Below are positions 38,415-51,839 of a stretch of 64,000 nucleotides of DNA, piece by piece (the first letter of the stretch is position 1; each line of letters begins with the position of its first letter). The translations under genes and the position numbers were made by a program. The DNA comes from Paramecium tetraurelia (taxonomy: Eukaryota). The stretch spans positions 496,001-560,000 of the forward strand of contig CT868030.1 in assembly GCA_000165425.1 (NCBI GenBank), written 5' to 3'. The notes beneath the pieces were generated by a model, which ran no database searches, was not told the DNA's origin, and worked only from the letters and a program-made list of their open reading frames with translations.

Positions 38415-40946
38415 ATGAATTAATCATCTATCATATTGGAAGAGAATAAATATCAATCTGCGTAATAAGAAGAAGAGGAGAGGATGTTGACTGCCAAGGC
38501 ATGTGATTTGAAGAAGGCTTTGATCTATAGGAAGTTTTAGTAAAATGAGAGGAAGGAAGAGTTGGAGGATATAAATTAATTATTTGATGAAAGGTAGTTG
38601 AATATTTTGAATGATCTTGCTAATGACAATGGAAATTATGAAGAATAAAATTAAGCTACAACATTGAGATAAGAAGTTAATAAAAAATTGTAAACAGTAA
38701 TGGAACATGGGATGAAACGACATTCGATTTACATAATTAAAAAGCCTGTTGAAAATAAATTTAGATTTCATTTGGAAGTCTTCAAACCTGAAGATAAGTT
38801 TAGAATATTTTGGGATTTGTTCACCATGTTGATCATATTTTTTGCAATCCTAATTTTACCTCTCGATATTAGTTTTACAATTGAATCCTTATTTTTTGAT
38901 AACTTTAATTATGCCTCGATAGCAATATTTAGTTTGGACATCATCATCAATTTCAATACCTCCTATCAACAAAAGGGCTAATACATAATCGATCGTAAAC
39001 TCATAGCCAAACACTATTTGATGGCCTGGTTTTGGATAGACTTGGGTACATATTTAATTTAATGTTAGTTTCGACCTTTCCTTTCGATATCATTATCAAT
39101 GCCTCCACACAAGAAATCATACATTCTGATGAGATTGATGAAAACTAGGTAAACGGCAATTAGGATAATAAATCTTAATCAGAATAATTGGCTAACACCT
39201 TAAAATTGCTGAGAATTTTGAAATTTTTTAGATTTATAAAAGTAGTTAGATTACTGAGAGTATTAAAATTAAAGAAGATATTTTCTAAATTTGAAGATTA
39301 CGTTGATTTTTCAAATTCCATGATTTCACTCTATAAAGTGTTAAAACTCACATTTATAATGCTCTTTGTAGCACATTGGTTGGCCTGTATTTGGCATTTC
39401 ATAGCAGATCAGGAGAACTCATCAGACAGTTACAGTTGGCTTAGAGCTCAAGGTCTATAGGATAGTGATTGGTATGTGAAATATATAGCATCAGTGTATT
39501 GGGCAACAGCAACAATGACTACAGTAGGTTATGGAGACATCACTCCAGTAACATCGGTTGAAAAGATATTTGGTATAGTAGTCATGTTGTTGGCTTGTTG
39601 TATATTTGCATATATTATGAACAGTATTGGTGGGATATTTGTATCCATGGATTACAATGAGAAGTTGATTAGATAGAAGATGGGCTAAGCGAATTAATTT
39701 CTAAAATCGAATGACATTCCTAAAGATTTATAAGCTAGAGTAAGAAAATACTTGGAATACAAATACGAAAAGGAATCTACATAAGTTAATGAAAAGGAGG
39801 CCTTGGATGTCTTGTCTTATTCTTTAAGAGTCGAAGTATTGGCTGCTGTGAACACGGATTTGATCAACAACTCAAAAGTGTTCAAATAGAATAAGTTCGA
39901 AAAGGAACTGCTTTTGCAATTGCCATTTGAATTAGAAGAACAAATCTTTGGTCCTGAAGAATGCATATTTTTGGAGGGTGATGATCCTATTGAATTAGAA
40001 AATGGATAAAATATTGAAGATAGATGCCTGTATTTTCTCAATAAAGGACAGGTTATGCTTTGTATTTAAAAGACCTTCACTTGTCTAAAAACATTAGATA
40101 AGGGAGCCACTTTTGGAGAACTTGGCTTCTTTAGTAATAAATCAAGAAGTGCATCTGCTTACACACTTGATTTTGTCTATGTTTAGAAATTGAAAAAAAA
40201 GAAGTTCACAGAGATTTTAAAAAAGTACTAAACTCAAAATCAATTCTTTCAAATGAACAAACACATTATTGAATTAGGTGAAGATTATTCTCCTCTTGGC
40301 TTACCTTGTTTTGGATGTTAACAAATCAATCATTTTTCTTCTACTTGTCCAAAGTTACATTTTGTTTCCAATTATGACAGGAAGTAAGAGCTAATATAGG
40401 AATTATAGTAAAAATAAAAGAAGTTCACCAAAGAATTTAAAAGACTAGAAAAAATCAGGTACAATTCTAGAGGCTGTTTCACTTTAACGAATGAAGTTGC
40501 CAATGAAATCAAACAAGTTTATTCTGCATAAGAAGAGGGAGATGAAGATAGACTGATTAAACTTTAATAGTATTTAACTTATATAAATTAGACGTAACGA
40601 AGAAGAACCAACACAAGAAGGCTTCGAAGTAATGGAGAATCAAAAAGAAATTAAAAATCAACAGCAAGATGAATTTGAGAGGATGCAAATCATGACTGCC
40701 TTCTTCACTCAATTCAACATTGATGAAATCATGAAAAATTACAATGATAGAGTTGATAATATTCTTAATTCACAACAATAAGCTTAAGAACGAAGTATTA
40801 GAACTCAATATTACTCAATCAAATCTAATACTAAGAAATCCAGAATTAGATCGATGTCAGCTGAACGAGCTGTATTTTTTGAAAAGCTAATAGAAAAATA
40901 TGGAGGACCATCTTTATTTTTAGAAAAACTAAATTAAGATAATTGA
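38415..40946 (+). CDS. Voltage-gated K+ channel with cyclic-nucleotide-binding domain (EAG/KCNH-like)
   Basis: S4 LLRILKFFRFIKVVRLLRVLK, HWLACIW, pore TMTTVGYGDITP, C-linker, CNBD (FGELGFF..RSASA), CCHC knuckle. Confidence 0.95.
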
Positions 40947-41025
40947 TAATATTATTATTTAATAATATTTTATAATCTCAATTATTGTTTTTTACAAATT
41001 ATTGGAACATATTATAGTATATATT

Positions 41026-43716
41026 ATGAATTAAGATTTATAAGAATAAAATTAATAAGATTATAATAAATACAAATAGGATTTTGTAATCTCATAATAA
41101 GAATGACTAGATTAACATATTTCTAATTATCTTAATATATATTATTGAAGTAAATAAGTAAATACACTTTGAAATCATAATGATCTACAACATAATTTAG
41201 TATGGAATCTTGGTTAAACTTTGTTATTTCTAAAGTATTAACCCTCCCTTAAGAGTTTCCTAATCTCCATTTAATTGGAAATTTCAAAAAGAATTATAGT
41301 TTATCAATTCTAGACTTATATTATTATTCGAATTATAAATATTATGACTGAAGAAAATTTACTCTATGCTGCAGATTACTTTGCTTTTTTGGGTAAGAAA
41401 ATATCCGATCATGAAATTTAATCGATGCTACCTTTTTTTGATTGTGAAGAACCTGGTCATCAGGGAAATGCTTTGGATTAGGTTTGTTTAGATTCCGAGT
41501 GCAAGTACAAGGGACTTTGTTGTGTGAGATGTCAGTATCAGAAGCATAGGTTTCACCCCAATTCCGTTTATCCTTTACATACCTTTGTCTCATAATTGAT
41601 CAATCAACTTTCAAGTAGGAAGATAATTTTGGAAGAGCAGAAAAAAAAATGTAACCTATATCGGGATGTGGTTATTTCAATATTGAGAGATTACTTAAAC
41701 AATATCATTGAGCATATGTCTATAATAGTTGCTTCATTGCATAAATATTTTACAAGTTTCGAAAATGCCTTTGAAACTACAATAATAAAAAGTCACATAA
41801 TAGCACATTCCTTAATTTATAAGAAACACATACCCAAAGATAAATTTGAAAAATTTGTAAGAGAAGGAATAAAAGGAGTCTCTTTTTAAAACCAAGAACC
41901 CAAGAAAACAGTTTCAAATGATTATTATATATTAAATCAAAGTAAACCCACTAGATTAGAAGAAAAGCTGAAATAAGAGTACGGGAACATTATAATCAAC
42001 GAATAGGAAAAAGCCTTTGAGATGACTTCAGATTACATTGATATCATGTAAAATGTTGCTTAAAAGTTATAAACAATATTAAAGAAGTCTTAAGATTATT
42101 TGGCAGTAGAAGTTGATTTGAATAAATTGTCTCCACGAATACCCAAATTTGAGTTGGCATAACTCTAGGAATTTGATTAAAGATTTAAAAAGCAATTCCA
42201 AGTAGATGGAGCATTCAGTATTTTCAAAGGAATACCTCCTCCAGCTCCTTAAAAAAAGGAACAAGAACAAATTGTGAAAATGAACACATCGGCCATTCCT
42301 ACATTAAATGATTATCTACATAAGGAGACTCAAAATACCATAATAGATCCTTCTCGACAAAAATGTATTTTGGGGATGTTGTTTGAGACTTTGAGCAATT
42401 GTTCTATATTGAAATTAGGGAGTGTAAAATCCTAGTAATCAGAAGTGAGTTGTTTTGTTCCATTGAATTCCGAGCTAATAGCGATAGCGTATTATAATAA
42501 TTAATTGTAGAGCTCGATTTAATCCGTATATCGAGGTTTATCGGATATAAGATAAGAAGATAATCTAAAAGATTGACACTAAAAGCCAATAAGGAGTGAA
42601 GTGTTTATTGGCAATGAGTAAGCCATTGTTATACACGAATACAACTGCTGAAAGCGAGATAACTTTGGTAGTTGGTTAATATTATGACTCTGGATAGCTA
42701 TTGTCTTATTAGTTGCAAATCTTCAGAAATGAAGGTCGATACACAATTAATTCTTAGCCAGCAGGGTAATTTCATAAACCTGATCAATAATCTGCAGCAA
42801 CTTGTTTTGCGGAATTATATTCAGGTGAGTTTTTCGTAGCAGGATACTCTACTGGTAGTGTTTCAATATATCATATATAGAATCCATAGGCTTTGCATGG
42901 TATTTAGAATAAATTTAATAGTTCTGAATTTTCTATATGAGAGGCCAGTGCAAGGAATAAGTATTGTGGAACCTGGGAAACTGTTCATGACATTTTCATA
43001 AGATAAAAGCAGAATGCATATGATTAATAGTATAAATTCAGAAAGAGTTGTGCATAATGTGTCACAAGTAAAGATGTTGGCTAACAACACATTTTAAATC
43101 ATAAGTACAGATGCATTAAATGATGATAAGAGTACATTAAAGTTAATTCATTTTGTTTGTGGGGAATAGTATTAAATTGAATTATATTAAGAAAAGAATA
43201 TCATGGAGGCGATTAGAAAGAGCAAGGATTGAGATTTATGAGGATGATGAAAGATGATTCCAAGTTGTCTTTGGTTGAAGAAGGTAGCATATCCAATTTT
43301 AGAGATTTGGGTGTTTAGAATTCAGTCAAAGATCTGATTATTCTGGAGCCTAGGAAGAAGATGAGTAAGATTTGGGTGTTGGCTGTTGGGGAAAACAACA
43401 AATTGTAATTGTGGGAAGTGAGAAGAGCTATGAGTTAGGTAAGCATATGAGGAAATAATAATAGAATATCAAATTATGGGAAAAAGATCTGGAAGATTTC
43501 TTAAAGCCGATTAATCACAGTATAATCAAAGGGAAAATGATTGCGGAAAGTCAGGAGTATACAACATTAAAATACTTTGATGTGGGACCGAAGGTTAACA
43601 TTTTAAGGGTTACAGAGAATCCATAAAATGGGAGGTTTAACATTTTAATCGGAGTCATAAATCACGAAAGCAAAACAGATGTAGATATCTTTGATGTGGA
43701 ACTCATGAGTTATTGA
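41026..43716 (+). CDS. Hypothetical protein: Cys/His zinc-finger-like motif, coiled coil, divergent WD40-like C-terminus
   Basis: VCLDSECKYKGLCCVRCQYQKH; beta-propeller-like repeats (FFVAGYSTGSVSIY, VLAVGENNKLQLWEV); 22-nt introns at 42489-42510 and 42900-42921 restore the frame. Confidence 0.65.
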
Positions 43717-43741
43717 TTATAATTAGATAATGGAATTGATT

Positions 43742-45147
43742 TCATTTTATTACATGAGGCCAATTTTCAGGAAATGAAATAGTTTGACGTTTGATCAATG
43801 GGATTGTGCTTTTGCCATACATCAATAGGTAGGCATCTTCTTGAGGTATCTCAGTGAAATTCACTTACTTGACTTACCTGTCGTTAAATAGATACCAATT
43901 AAAATTCTCTTTGCTTCTTGCGTATGTGTAATAGTGACCTCTATCACTTGTTCCGGTATGGCAAATAACTCCTAATAATTCATAGATAGGCTTTTCTTTT
44001 TACAGTTTCGGTAAGCACTAACTTAAGTTCAAACTCTCCATAGGGAAGTTGATTGCCTATTCAATTTTCTTAATTCCATTCTCTATAAATTTAAATCTCT
44101 TAAGATGGATTATTAGAATAGTAGGTAATTTCCACAAATCTATCTTCTTTATCGCATCCACTAGCTTATGACAATTCTCACAAAACCATTAATTCCCATT
44201 TGTCAACTACTCCTCTTTGACATACTCCTTTATGCATTCGATTAATTAGCATTCCTCAGATTCTGGGATCGGAACACTCAAATACATCAAAGGCTCAAAT
44301 TTATAGGTGTAATTATCGCAACTCAAACATTTCAATGAGTTCTTGAATTGTCCTTGCATTAGATCTACTATTATAGATTTGCTTCGTTGTAGATAATCAC
44401 CCCAAGTTTCTGCTGCTTATTTCTCTAACTCTCTCTAATTACAATCTCCAGAGTATTCTCTCAATTGCACACTCTTGATCGGAAATGTTACTCTGTTCAG
44501 ATCCTCATGTATCATGTCAAGCAAATACATCAGAAATTCCTCATAAATTAATTCTTATCAATACCTAAGCATCTTATTGTGTATTGTCTGAAAAGGACTT
44601 ATTGCAATACCCAATAATCTTGTTGAATTCCTCAGGTATAATAATTGGTGTTCCCTTGACGGTGAGTTTCTGAATGTCCATTTGCCAGAGACTCTTTATT
44701 AGGTTGGCAAATGCTACAGTTGCTAAACCTTACGTGGAGATCGGATTCTTTCGATTAATCTCTGTTAATTGGAAATCCTTGTTTTGCTCATCCAAAATAT
44801 ACTTCAATAAAATAATCTGATAATGGCTGCAGATTACTAAGTAATTATATCGACGCATTCATATAACACTTATTTCCCAAGTTTTTCAATCCCACCAGTC
44901 CTTTTACTGCTTCCTTCTTTTGAAACTTCTTTTTCCCTTTAAGCTAATAACTTGTAGGAATGCTCTAATATGAAGGAATGATCTCCTATTTGTCTGAATC
45001 TAATTAATTTAACTTAAATTAATTCTAGAATTTCTTCACATATTGAGCCAACTAATCACACTTTGTTTTTCTGATATTAGTCCTTATCGTCTTTTTTTTA
45101 CTCAATTAATTATTTATCTTTTTCTTTTATTTTTTAGAAGAAGCCAT
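43742..45147 (-). CDS. Ubiquitin-specific protease (peptidase C19)
   Basis: Cys box GLVGLKNLGNKCYMNASIQ, QQDA/EFL, LDMIHEDLNR, His box ICHTGTSDRGHYYTYA, AYLLMY. Confidence 0.94.
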
Positions 45148-45767
45148 ATCAATTTTATTAGATATTTATATTTTATTTTTATAAACTATATGTCATATTA
45201 ATTATCATACACTAAACTAATTAATAAACTCAAAAACATAGATATTATATTTTATTATTTAATCTCAAACTTCCTCAATTCCAAGATTCCCCAAACATTT
45301 TTGAATCAATTTATTAATCATTTTTAGAACCATAATCTTTTTTAAACTTTAAGAAATCCAATAAAAATCATAATTTATGAACTACTTATGATCTTGCAAA
45401 CTGCACTGTACACAATTAATAATATTTTTAAGAACAAAAATCCAAATATAATATTAACCTTTTTTGTTGATTCTCTATGGAAATTTTAGAAGTATAATTT
45501 TTTTCTTGGATAAAAAATCTAAGGGGTTTTGGAGATAGAAAGATATAGAGAGACTACCTTTTATTTTTTATCTACATAAAGATTAGGCTAACCTCTCTCT
45601 TAGAAATAGTTATTTGAAACTTTATTAAGCATAAAATATTTTTAAGCATTTCAATAAAATTTTGTTATAAAATAATTCTTAATTTATGATTTTATCTTTT
45701 CAAATACAATAGTTTATAAATTAAACCTCAAATTCTAATAATATTTCAATATAATAAATTCATATTA

Positions 45768-47324
45768 ATGAATTAATATCATTTAGGCTTCATAGATCCT
45801 AAAATAGAGAATTTGTACTAGCAATAATAATAATCAAATTCAAGATCAGGAGTATTTAGGTTTATGTCTTTTGGTTTAATGATCACTTACACAATTAGGG
45901 TCATGTATTGTTTAATTGAGAAAAGCGATTTCCTGTTTTATTACAAGCTTGCTATGCTGCTATATGTGATTGTACAATATATAATCGTGTAATGGTAACC
46001 ATAGTTAACAAGGATGGCATTTCTTATAACCAATATTTGTACTATGGGTCTAGTAATTGAAGAGGAGAGTTCTCCAGAAATTCAAAATCTAAAAGGAGCA
46101 AATCTGATGACTGTTAATATTATGCTGGTATTATCTGGGGAGTTTTTTGATTCAGTCATTTAATTAATTGTAATAACAACTTTAAGAATTTCATTGCCAT
46201 ATATAACTACAAATAATTAAAATTATATGATCCTTACGAGCACTATATTAGCTAATTTATCGTTTTTATTTTACGCCTACACATATCACAAAGCCAAGAG
46301 ATCCCAATATTTATTAGGCTTGGTGGAGAATGGTTGGGATAAAATATTTTATGAATTGGTTAAAGATCCTTATATCTTGCTGAAATTCTCTTATTCCAAC
46401 TTAAACTTTACTGTTTAAAAGCAGAACAGATTTCCGTTTAAGAATTGCCTTGACTTCGACGAAGACATACCGTAAAGTGATCAGGAGGAAAGAACTATAA
46501 GACATTTCTTATAGAATGCCTCTTTAGGTAAAACCTCCTTGTCAGAACACATATATGGCAGTATTAAGAAATTCCAAATGAATTGCTATGAACATTTCAA
46601 TTAAATCCTGAGAGTTCGATTTAAAAGATAGCTTTTATAAATTGAAATGTCTATATTTTAAGCCAAAAACCCAATGATTTTATTGAGGATCAATTCAATA
46701 AATAAGCATTCTATAAAGTAACTGAGGAAATACAAAAAGAGATTCATAATATACAACAATACAATGATAAATCTACTATCAAAGGTAGAATAAGACACTA
46801 AAAATTCTATTATTATTAAAGAAACAAGAAGGAAATTAATCCTTGTTAAATTGATAGAAGAGTTATACGATCATCAATATCAGTTTAACATGGTCAATTT
46901 ATAATTCGTAATAAGATAAATAGAGAATCTGTATCCTGATAAAAACATACAGTTCCAAAATGCTAACAAAATAGAGACACTGTTTACAATTCCAAATGCT
47001 CTATTCATGATATTATTGAGTGTTTTTGAGAATAGTGACAAAGAATTGATTTAATGTAATCTGATAAATTTGAAGGAGGAGATGGAGATAATGATCGAAT
47101 TCAATGGGAACTTTTAGGCCCATAAAATACTAAAGATTTATTAGAGTACAAAATATCATATTCGATTGTTAGTTTCGAGTTTATATATATCCCCAAAATG
47201 TAAGTTAATCTCATTATTATAATTTATAGTGGTGTAATTTATCCTATTCTCAGAACCTCTATGTTCGTCTAATCTTGATATCTACACCTATGAATACGAT
47301 GACTTACTATCGAGTGAACATTGA
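45768..47324 (+). CDS. Multi-TM protein with degenerate histidine-kinase/HATPase-like C-terminus
   Basis: Starts MNQYHLGFIDPKIENLYQ, then several hydrophobic helices; soluble C-terminal part VNLQFVIRQIENLY...LFMIILSVFENS without clear H/N/G boxes. Confidence 0.55.
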
Positions 47325-47410
47325 AATAGATGGAGTTAAGCCATGTAAATTAATTTATAAAATAATTCTATACAAATTTTATTATTTATATTAATGTCAC
47401 TACCGTACAC

Positions 47411-50400
47411 TCACCATACCGTGAATTTGCTTCAAAGAAGTTTGGTTCGTATTTGCTCGTCTTTTGGAAGGTTTCTAATGAAGTATTTACGCATTTCTTC
47501 CCAACAAAATAGACACATGGAATATGGGAGTCCAGGCATTCTATGATATATACATAATTAAATACCCCAAATTGAGTATATCTACTGGTCTGGCACCAAA
47601 CCAGGTATTGACTCCTGGAATGTACACGATGCAAAGGAAAATGATGGTCTCAAGGATGACTCCGTAGAACATGACATTATTGATTGGCGAATAAATCAAA
47701 GACATTTTACGTTCTAAAGAGATATAAGATAAGTATTTACATTTGCATGAGAACACATTAGACCATTAGACCAAGACAACAGCAACGAAATAGGAAGTTT
47801 AGGCATATTTAAGGGCTGCAGTTTTGAAGCAAGCATTTGTATTGATTGGATATCCAGATCCTTCAAGAAGTGAATCTGATCTATCAAAGTATCTGCACAA
47901 TTGATCAGAAAATTGGTTGTTCCATTCCTCAAACACAGGGAACCATCTATTGGATGTGGAATTATAAGTAACGAAGATGTATCTCAAATCATAATAGATG
48001 AGTTCTGGATTAATCCAATTCAATGGAATGTTTTAGAATCCAACTGTATCTTAAATCTGATTTTCTGATGGGGGAACCAATACTGGTGCCATTTACCAAT
48101 TAGGACTGTAAGGCTGCTATGTTAAGAATGGACTAAATAAAATAGAATGACAAATTACTTGTTCATATTAGGCATATCCCAAACCCAACTTGTAGGAGGT
48201 GGAGCATATGGTTGCCCATTTGCAAGAGTGATTGGAGCCCAGGGGATTTACTAGTATGGTGTGTTCATAAAACTAAGAATGAGTTTTGGAGGAAATCCAT
48301 ATTCATTCATTGTACTGAAATAACTAAAGAATCCTGCAGATGTGGCTATGACTCCTTATAATAGATAGGCATGAGTGATCAATCTAAGAGACACTAAATG
48401 GTCATCCTTCTTTCTTGGTTTACGAGTCATGATATCAATTTCAGCTTCTTCGTAAGCAAAGGAAATAGCAGGTAGAATGTCAGTACCAATACAAATAGTG
48501 AGAATAAAGGCATTACTCAATGGAAGTGGTAATCCAATAGCGATTTCACCTACGTATGGGAACACCTCAGTAATATTAGATGTAAGAAGATAGACGATAG
48601 TTTTTTTAAGATTATCGAAGATCTTTCTTCCTTCTTCTACGCCGTCAACAATTGAAGCAAAGTCATCATTCAATAAGATCATATCTGCAGCATCTTTAGT
48701 AACATCAGATCCACTTATACCCATTGAAATACCAATGTCACCTTATTTGATAGCTGGTGAATCATTGACACCGTCTCCTGTAACTCCCGACTACGTGACC
48801 CCAAATATTAACAAGCTCTAACAATCATCAGTTTTTAAGCTGGAGATGTACGAGCAAATACAACTTAAGGTTTACTGCACCAACTTCTTAGTTTTCTATC
48901 CTTCAAATGTTCAGGTAAATTTTCACCTTATGAAGCCTCTTCTTCAAGTGCTTAAACAATTAAATCACCATGGATAACGATGGCTGGAGCTTATCTAAAA
49001 GCATCTTCATATGACATTGAAGGATTCTCATCCAAAAGATCATCAACAGTCTTACCAGTGATGATACCAATTTATTTAGCAATAGCACCTGCAGTGGGTG
49101 GTTAATCTCCAGTAACCATAATAACCTTAATACCGGCTGATTAACATTTTTTGATAGCTTGAGGTACAGTAACTTTAGGAGGATCCATCAAAGATAATAA
49201 ACCCAAGAAGGTGAATCCTTCTAATTTAAATTTAAGTGTGTCAACTGAATTCAAATTGAATTAATATCCTTTATGATATTCAGCTCTTGGTAAGTGCAAT
49301 TTAGCAAATCCTAGCACTCTTTCTCCACCTCTACCGAAGGCTAAGTTGACTTATTTGAATTTCTAGGTAATTTATTCATCAATAGGTTGATTTCTACCTT
49401 CGACCAAAAGGTAACTGCAAAATGTCCACAATTTTTCAGGTGCTCCCTTGATGTAAACACAATAGTAGGAATCATGAGTTTCCCAATTGACAATACAAAG
49501 AGAGAACTTGTTGGTTGAGTTGAATGGCATTTTAGCCAATGATTTATCTGGCAATTCTGCAAATTATCTTCTTTGTCTTGTTAATTCAATGTCTTCGATT
49601 GGTTAAAAGAACTTGATCAAAGCTGTTTCAGAGGCATCTCCTATAGTTGGAGTGTCTAACCAATTGATATTTTGTTTGTCTTTAGCTTGAATATTAAACT
49701 TAGCTTCACTGGTAATGATAGCACAATCGTGTAAATCTCTAAATGTTGGATCACTAGTTTCATATTCATATTCAGCATTCTTTCCTGCAATCAATCTATT
49801 CAACGCTCTCCTCTTCAATCCATCATACCATACATTTTCAACACTCATCTTGTTCTAAGTCAAGGTTCCTGTTTTATCTGAACAAATGCAACTTGTTGAT
49901 CCAAGAGTTTCAACAGCTTCCAAATTCTTCACCAACACCTATTTATCTGCCAATCTTTTTGCAGTGATAGCCAAAGAAACTGTGATACATCCCAATAATC
50001 CTTCAGGTACATTTGCAACAATAATACCAATAGCTTAAACCAACAGCAGTATCTACTGATGCCTTTTCGACAACCAATGAGAGAATCAAAAATAAGACAC
50101 CCAAACCAACAGCAATACAAGAAATCAAAATAACGAACCTCTTCAACTCAATATTCAATGGTGTTTCTGGTGTTTCTCCTCCAGTTGCTAAATCTGCAAT
50201 CTGACCCATGATAGTCTTGTCACCTATTTAAATAACCATTCCCAATCCGGATCCTTCTTTACATAATGTTCCAAAAAAGGCCAAGTTCTTTGTTTCCAAA
50301 GGATTCTCACTTGTGCATTCAGTCACTCTCAATAATGGATCACATTCTCCTGTCAATGCAGAGTTATCCACCTTCATCTCTCGAGATTGTATAATTCTGA

Positions 50401-51259
50401 TGTCTGCTGGGATTTTGTCTCCCATCTTCACTTCCACTATATCTCCTGGCACTATCTTCTCTGCTGGGACCTGTTTCCTCTGTCCTCCTCTAATTACTAT
50501 ACAATTTTAAGGCAAGAAATTCTTAAAGCCTTCCATCAAAGCGTCGGCCTTAGCAGATTGATTGTAGGTAATAGAACCTGTTAGTAAGATAATTGCAATT
50601 AAAATGATTGCTAAAAATTAGATGCTTTTTCATACCCAACCACAAGTTCGACTTTGCTCCGAGGGCATCTGGATTCACACCATATAAAGCAAAACATGCA
50701 AAGGATGCTATCCATAACAAAATTGAAAATGGTTAAATCATCTCTTTAATCAATTTGATCCACCATGGAGTCTTCGCTTTTTCTGATAATTTATTATCAC
50801 CATATTATTGATTCTTTTACACAGCTTAGTCATCAGATAAACCTTCGTCTTTGCTTGTTCCCAATCTAAACTATGGTGTCCATACATTACCTGTTCGCTA
50901 AAGTCATTACATCCACCTTATGCTCATCCATGTTCCTGTACTCTTCTCCCTTATTTTAAGCCTTTTTAAGAATATCTGGCTTTGTATTAGTTGGAGCGTC
51001 CACTGGTACTATGACATCCTTTACCATAATTTTTTATTCCTAGGAATACAATTTTAGAGCTTACTTTCATCTGGTTAAGCATTTGACTTTGTCTAGAAAC
51101 TAGAGCTTGTGCTTTCATGGAGCTCTTACGAGCTGACTCGCTCTGCTGCATTCCCAAATCGACACTCATTCTCAAAGCTTAGAAACCTGCAATAATCTGA
51201 GGATTTGTAGCCTATGTGAAGTTCTACTAACCATCATTCAATGGTCGATACTAAGCCAT
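47411..51259 (-). CDS. P-type IIC (Na+/K+-type) ATPase alpha subunit, frameshifted as sequenced
   Basis: [67 protein letters not shown]; extra bases at ~50038, ~48800, ~48787 and probably ~47463 and ~47420. Confidence 0.93.
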
Positions 51260-51839
51260 TCACAATAAATTATGAAAAATAATATCTAATGAATATTCAT
51301 TCCATCACACCTTAAAATATAGAATCTCAATAATGAGCATAAGATTGCATCACTAATTAAATCCATATATGTAAAATTATTCTGATCTAAACAATCATTA
51401 AACCGAACATTGCAAAAAACACACCCTTTACCATACAAAAGCACTCTCCCATCCTCGTTTATCTCCCTGAAATACTTAAAATATGTCTACAATTCACAAC
51501 GATAGAATCTCTAAAATTCAGGAGAAGATTGCAAAGCAACATACATTTTGAACTATTTACATTGCAGTATTATAATAAAACTTGTTGCAAGGAGGTTCTG
51601 GTTTAACAATTGCAAAAAGAAAATTTATGGAAATTCGAATTACAACAAGAACTATACAATTTATTCTGGTGGCAATACTCAAATAAGGGGAGAAATACTA
51701 CGTAATATATGATGTCCCCAGATCATACTAAAATACCATAAAGAGTGATTATTTATTGCTAAAGAAAACCCGAGTATAATTTGATGGAATTAAATGAGAA
51801 ACTCAAAACTTATATTTTAAAGTTAAAATTATAATCATT

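Noticed and set aside
42480..42930. Apparent in-frame TGA stops in the WD40-like gene
   Set aside because: Resolved by two canonical 22-nt introns.
47411..50040. Euplotes-type programmed +1 frameshifting in the ATPase
   Set aside because: The sites are not AAA-stop motifs, TAA/TAG are sense codons here, and the mechanism is not known in Paramecium.
51290..51830. Possible plus-strand gene between the ATPase and Rab2
   Set aside because: Several partially open frames, none giving a consistent model.
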